From a virus (lineage: Duplodnaviria; Caudoviricetes), in IMG/VR virus record IMGVR_UViG_3300043438_001546, positions 1 through 61,016 of that record: DNA of 61,016 bases; one strand, written 5' to 3'. The translations under genes and the position numbers were made by a program. Below are positions 56,769-61,016 of this stretch, one piece after another (the stretch's first letter is position 1; each line of letters opens with the position of its first letter). The notes beneath the pieces are model-generated. The model saw only the letters and a program-made list of their open reading frames with translations. It did no database searches and was not told the origin of the DNA.

Positions 56769-59105
56769 ATGCCAATTAGTGATGAAATAAAAAAGAAAGC
56801 TTTAGCTAATGCTAAACAAAAAACTCCTGAGTTATTTGATGATAATCCTAAAACAATGCCTGTTGATGTAAAACCTGCACCAGGTGTTGCAAAACCAGTT
56901 GTTCCTACAGCTCCAAAAGCTTGGGATCAATATCAAAAAGTTATTGATTCACATGATGGTTGGGATAAAGCAGTAAATTACAGTAATTCATTACACATGA
57001 TGAAAGCTGTAAATGGTAGATATGATAAGTTGTTGTCAAGCAAAGAAGTTGATCCAGATGCAAAAGAAGTATTAAAAACAATGGTTAGTTCTTCTAAATC
57101 AGCAATGGATGAATTAGTAAAAATTTCAAAAGGTGCAGGAAATTCAAAGTTGTTTGAAATGTATAGGGATAACGCAGATGCGGCTGATGCAAAAATAGCA
57201 ACAATGTTAGGTGAATCTACTAAAAGTAATTATGTGTATGATCCTGTTAAAAAAATAGTTGTTGATAGAACTACTTTTGAAATTAATAACCCTTCTCCTA
57301 AGAAAAAAGATAGAGATGCTGATAAAAGCACATCTACTCAAGCTAATGCTGGAGGAGGTGGAGTAAATCCGTATGCTGGTTTTTTGCAAATGAAAAATTA
57401 TACTCATAATTCAGGTCAATTAGTTAAAAATGAAGTTAATCCTTTAGTAACAACTTGGGGTAAAAATGCATTTAATTTATTTAATTCTGATGATAAAACA
57501 GCCGGTAGGTATGATGCAGATAATAGAAAAAACACTTTAAATTATACTAAAGATGCTTTGACTTTTATTAGCAAATATGGCACACAGTCTGGTGATAAAA
57601 ACAAAGACAGGTTAAATAAAGAAGCCGCTACAAACCATCTTAAACAATTAAATAGTTTAGGTTCTAATGAGGATGCAAAAATAGCTTGGGATTCACAAAT
57701 GAATTATGTTAAAAAATTATCTACATCTGGAAAAACAAATCAAGTTACAGACATGATTGAAGACATGGGTTACTATGGTTCAACATTTTTGTATAACAAG
57801 CATAAAAAGAGTTTAGGTAAAAATGAAAAGTATTATGAAGGTTCTGAAAAAAATTCTGGCAACCTTGACATGATTGATGCAAATATTCAAAGACATCAAG
57901 ATTACATGACTGATACTAAAAAAGATAAAGTAACTGCTAGAACTCAAGCAATGTTAAAGTTTTCAGGTGAAGCTGATGCAGAAACAATGGATGTAAATAG
58001 AGAGGTTGGTTTATTGGAAGGAATGGGAATGGCGGTTGGTATTCTTGATAGACCGGAAGAAGCTAAAGCTAAATTAAAAGCAGGAATAAGTTCAAAACAA
58101 GAAGTTTTTAATGCTGCTATTGGAGATGACGGTAAAATTCAAAGTTACCATGAATTTATAAAAAATCTTGGCCCACAATATAAAACTAAAAAGGGACTTA
58201 TGGGTGACTACAAGGTTCAAACAAAAGGTGATAGAACTGATAAAATATATTCACAAAATAAAGGTTTTTTTGATGCAAAAGCAGGAACACTTTTTTATGA
58301 TGACGAAGAGTTTAATGAAACAATGCGCCCTCTTTATAATAATATTGTTAAAAGCTACAAAAAAGAATTTAGTCTGCTGAATGATCCCAAGAAAAGAGAA
58401 AAAGATATGGGACAAGGAAACACTGCAAATAGTGTTTTATATCATGATTATGTTGATATGTCATTAGACAAAAATGGAAGAATGGTTAAAACACAAGATT
58501 ATAAAGGAGGCAATGTGGCTAAAATTTTTGGTATGATGCAAGGTCAAGGTGGTTCTATTAATGATACTGATATTACTTTAATAAGTGATCAAGACATCAA
58601 CTCGGGTAGTTTTTCTAAAGCTAGTAAATCTAAACTTGATGCACATAAAGATAATAACCGTGTAACATATAACAACTTTTTTAAAGGTGCTGATTTAAGT
58701 CAAATGACTGTAGAATTTGATAGAAATGCTAGTATTGACAATCATTCTATTTATACATTTATAAATCAAAAAACAGGTAAGAAATTATCAATGGTTGCTC
58801 CTGCAAGTTATATTATGAAAAATAAAGAAACTTTCTTTAAAGAAACTCGCATGAGTACACCGGAAGCAATTTTTCAAAAATTAGGTAAACGTGATTTACC
58901 TGACAAAGATAACATGTATAAAGATGCAGCAATCATTCAAAAAGATGGAATGAAGTATGCTACATTTAAATACAAAAATAGTGATGGTGTTACTAAAACT
59001 GAAGAAATTCCAATTGGGGATGTGCAAATTGAAGTTGCAGAAAAACAATTTAAAGAGTATTTTAAAAGACTCAAAGAAATAGAAAACACTTATTCAAATT
59101 TATAA
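56769..59105 (+). CDS. Large K/D/N-rich protein, probably cargo
   Basis: 778-aa ORF in the cargo block. Confidence 0.7.
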   Translation: MPISDEIKKKALANAKQKTPELFDDNPKTMPVDVKPAPGVAKPVVPTAPKAWDQYQKVIDSHDGWDKAVNYSNSLHMMKAVNGRYDKLLSSKEVDPDAKEVLKTMVSSSKSAMDELVKISKGAGNSKLFEMYRDNADAADAKIATMLGESTKSNYVYDPVKKIVVDRTTFEINNPSPKKKDRDADKSTSTQANAGGGGVNPYAGFLQMKNYTHNSGQLVKNEVNPLVTTWGKNAFNLFNSDDKTAGRYDADNRKNTLNYTKDALTFISKYGTQSGDKNKDRLNKEAATNHLKQLNSLGSNEDAKIAWDSQMNYVKKLSTSGKTNQVTDMIEDMGYYGSTFLYNKHKKSLGKNEKYYEGSEKNSGNLDMIDANIQRHQDYMTDTKKDKVTARTQAMLKFSGEADAETMDVNREVGLLEGMGMAVGILDRPEEAKAKLKAGISSKQEVFNAAIGDDGKIQSYHEFIKNLGPQYKTKKGLMGDYKVQTKGDRTDKIYSQNKGFFDAKAGTLFYDDEEFNETMRPLYNNIVKSYKKEFSLLNDPKKREKDMGQGNTANSVLYHDYVDMSLDKNGRMVKTQDYKGGNVAKIFGMMQGQGGSINDTDITLISDQDINSGSFSKASKSKLDAHKDNNRVTYNNFFKGADLSQMTVEFDRNASIDNHSIYTFINQKTGKKLSMVAPASYIMKNKETFFKETRMSTPEAIFQKLGKRDLPDKDNMYKDAAIIQKDGMKYATFKYKNSDGVTKTEEIPIGDVQIEVAEKQFKEYFKRLKEIENTYSNL

Positions 59106-59117
59106 TGCTCAACTAAA

Positions 59118-61016
59118 ATGGCTGAAGATCCAAAAAAACCAACGCGTGCAGACATGTTAAAAATGGCTGTATCTGATGTTAACATTAAGAATCAAAAAGT
59201 AATTGAGAATCCATTTAATGAGCAAAGTACAATTATATCTGCAAAACAATTAGATGTAGATAGATTTGCTACTTATAGTTCTAAAACTTATGGAAAACTT
59301 GGGTTTGATCCATTTAAAGACAACAACAAAAATTATAATGCTAAAACACATTGGTCTGAAGATGTAGGCCGTGCAATGACTGGTATGTTTAAACTTGCGG
59401 GTGTAGGATTTCAAGATACATTTGGATTTGGTTTAACTGCTGGTTCAGACAGTTCAAAAAACTTTGAAAATGTAATGAAGAATTATTCTTCTACACGCGG
59501 AGGTTACACTCAATTTTGGGCTAACACTGCTTTATCTTCTGGGTACACTGTTGGTATTATAGGTGCTATTGCTGCTGAAGAAATTGGATTAGCTTTAACA
59601 ACAGGTGGACTTGGAAATATTGGTACGTCAGGTCTTGTTGGTATTCAAGCAACTAGAGCTTTTAACAATTTAGGAAAAGCTACAAGAAGTGCAGAATATA
59701 TTGAAAGAATACAACAAGCAGGTCATGTTGATGAAGCAGCTAAATTTTTTAGCATGAAAGGACTTGGTCAAAATCTTGGAAAGCTTGGCCAAAAATTAAA
59801 TCCTGTTGGTGAAATAGCAGACTTTGCAAGAAAATCAAAACTTGATGAGTTTAGTGAATTTAATTCTTTACAAAAAGTTTCTCTTGGAGCTGGTGCAATA
59901 GCTAGAGATGCTAGAAAACTTTACATGACTCACAGTGAGTCAAAGTTAGAAGCTGATTTAGCAAAAAGTGATTTTATTGAAAAACAAATTCAAAAAGCTA
60001 GGTTAAGTAGTCCTACTGGTGAATTAGATCAAAATGCTATAAATCAAATTCAAACTGATGGAGCTAACGTGTATAACTCAACATACATGGGTAACTTAGG
60101 TTTGATTTATGCTACTAATGCTATTACGTTTGACAACATGTTTAAGAGCATGCGTTATAGTAACAAGATGTTTTCTATTCCAGGCAAAATGACTACAGCT
60201 TTAGGAAAAGATGGGCTTGTTGTTAAAGCTGTAAAAGGTTTTAGTGGTAAGCGTGCATTAGCCGCAGGAAAAAAAGCTATTGTAGATTTCTCAGTAAAAG
60301 ACTCAGCAAAAAATCTAACTAGGTATATTGGAAAAAATTACAAAGTAGCTGGTGCGAATTTAATTAAAAAAGGATTATCTAACTCAATGGAGGGTGTACA
60401 GGAACTTGGACAAGATGTTGTTTCAAATTCTGTACAATCTTATTATGGTAGAAACCATGCAGGACAACAAGTGCGTGGAGGGTTTTTAGAAAATATGTGG
60501 CAAGCTGCTTCTGATATGTCTTTTTCAGATGTAGGAGATGCTATTGGCGGGACAATGAACGAAGAAGGTTTGTCAACATTTGGTTCTGGATTTTTTATGG
60601 GAACATTAGCTGCTCCATTTGGTGGCGGTATTGGTCTTTTACAAAAACAAATTGTTGGAGGTGGTGCAAGGAATAAAGCTCAGTATCTTTTTAATCGCCA
60701 GGAGTTTATTAAAAAACAAAAGACTGAGTATAAAAAATCTTTAGCAAAAGCTAAAGAACTAACTGCAAATTTTAATGCTCAACTTGGAAGCTTTTTAGAT
60801 CATACTTCTAATCCTCTTGTTACTCAATCTGAATTTCAAGAACAAATTCTTGATGCTGCTCAAAAAGGAGATAAAAAAGTATTTGAAGATAAAAAACATG
60901 ACTCATTTCAACAAGGTTTAAAATCTATGCTTAAAAATAACAGTGAAGGAATGTTCACTGATTTTCTTGAGCACATGGTTGATAAGTTTACTCCAGAGCA
61001 AATGAATCAAGCAATG
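59118..61016 (+). CDS. N-terminal part of a giant virion cargo protein (virion-RNAP-associated block), truncated
   Basis: ATG at 59118 (MAEDPKKPTRADMLK...), appears open to the window end; Gly/Ala-rich hydrophobic segments and an EGVQELGQ motif. Confidence 0.75.
   Translation, partial: MAEDPKKPTRADMLKMAVSDVNIKNQKVIENPFNEQSTIISAKQLDVDRFATYSSKTYGKLGFDPFKDNNKNYNAKTHWSEDVGRAMTGMFKLAGVGFQDTFGFGLTAGSDSSKNFENVMKNYSSTRGGYTQFWANTALSSGYTVGIIGAIAAEEIGLALTTGGLGNIGTSGLVGIQATRAFNNLGKATRSAEYIERIQQAGHVDEAAKFFSMKGLGQNLGKLGQKLNPVGEIADFARKSKLDEFSEFNSLQKVSLGAGAIARDARKLYMTHSESKLEADLAKSDFIEKQIQKARLSSPTGELDQNAINQIQTDGANVYNSTYMGNLGLIYATNAITFDNMFKSMRYSNKMFSIPGKMTTALGKDGLVVKAVKGFSGKRALAAGKKAIVDFSVKDSAKNLTRYIGKNYKVAGANLIKKGLSNSMEGVQELGQDVVSNSVQSYYGRNHAGQQVRGGFLENMWQAASDMSFSDVGDAIGGTMNEEGLSTFGSGFFMGTLAAPFGGGIGLLQKQIVGGGARNKAQYLFNRQEFIKKQKTEYKKSLAKAKELTANFNAQLGSFLDHTSNPLVTQSEFQEQILDAAQKGDKKVFEDKKHDSFQQGLKSMLKNNSEGMFTDFLEHMVDKFTPEQMNQAM

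Noticed and set aside
3123-58380. Numerous short antisense or alternate-frame ORFs in the track inside long plus-strand genes
   Set aside because: Shadow ORFs with no independent start signals or motifs
1-61016. Stop-codon reassignment (TAG or TGA) as in some Crassvirales
   Set aside because: Long genes are intact in the standard code, and both TAG (e.g. 14483, 44628) and TGA (e.g. 5685, 13536) end genes at tight junctions
1-61016. CRISPR array, complete DGR, introns or inteins
   Set aside because: No repeat-spacer array, reverse transcriptase or template repeat was seen; TerL, portal and MCP are uninterrupted
59118-61016. Calling this gene the virion RNA polymerase itself
   Set aside because: No DxDxD catalytic motif in the visible part; the gene is truncated, so only a cargo-block assignment is supported

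Overview
This window is part of a large, AT-rich dsDNA phage genome read in the standard genetic code. It has the hallmark gene set and order of crAss-like phages (Crassvirales), and Bacteroidota-type TAnnTTTG promoters point to a Bacteroidota (probably Flavobacteriia-like) host. Bases 1-2430 hold small minus-strand, probably early genes, including membrane and lipoprotein micro-ORFs, separated by hairpin-dense non-coding DNA. A TG-rich strand-switch region follows. From 2794 to the end everything is on the plus strand: an accessory cluster (HExxH protein, RepL-like, GIY-YIG, Nmad1/DUF1599, Acb2/Tad1-like, GroES-like), fibre genes and a holin/amidase lysis cassette, then IHF-like, Zn-finger and PD-(D/E)XK genes. 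Next come terminase, portal, scaffold and major capsid genes, a run of tiny basic proteins, a ring protein, a ferritin-like protein and two S74-chaperone fibres. These are followed by a roughly 9 kb Cys-rich collagen/EGF-like/PA14-like/vWA/C-type-lectin fibre block, the ring and muzzle genes, and large cargo (ejection) proteins, the last truncated. The most interesting signals are a duplicated covarying CTTG-loop hairpin motif upstream of the early genes (candidate virion-RNAP promoter), the extracellular-matrix-like adhesion block, a probable anti-defence sponge cluster and a recurrent GG motif in cargo proteins. All family calls come from motif recognition and synteny, not database searches.
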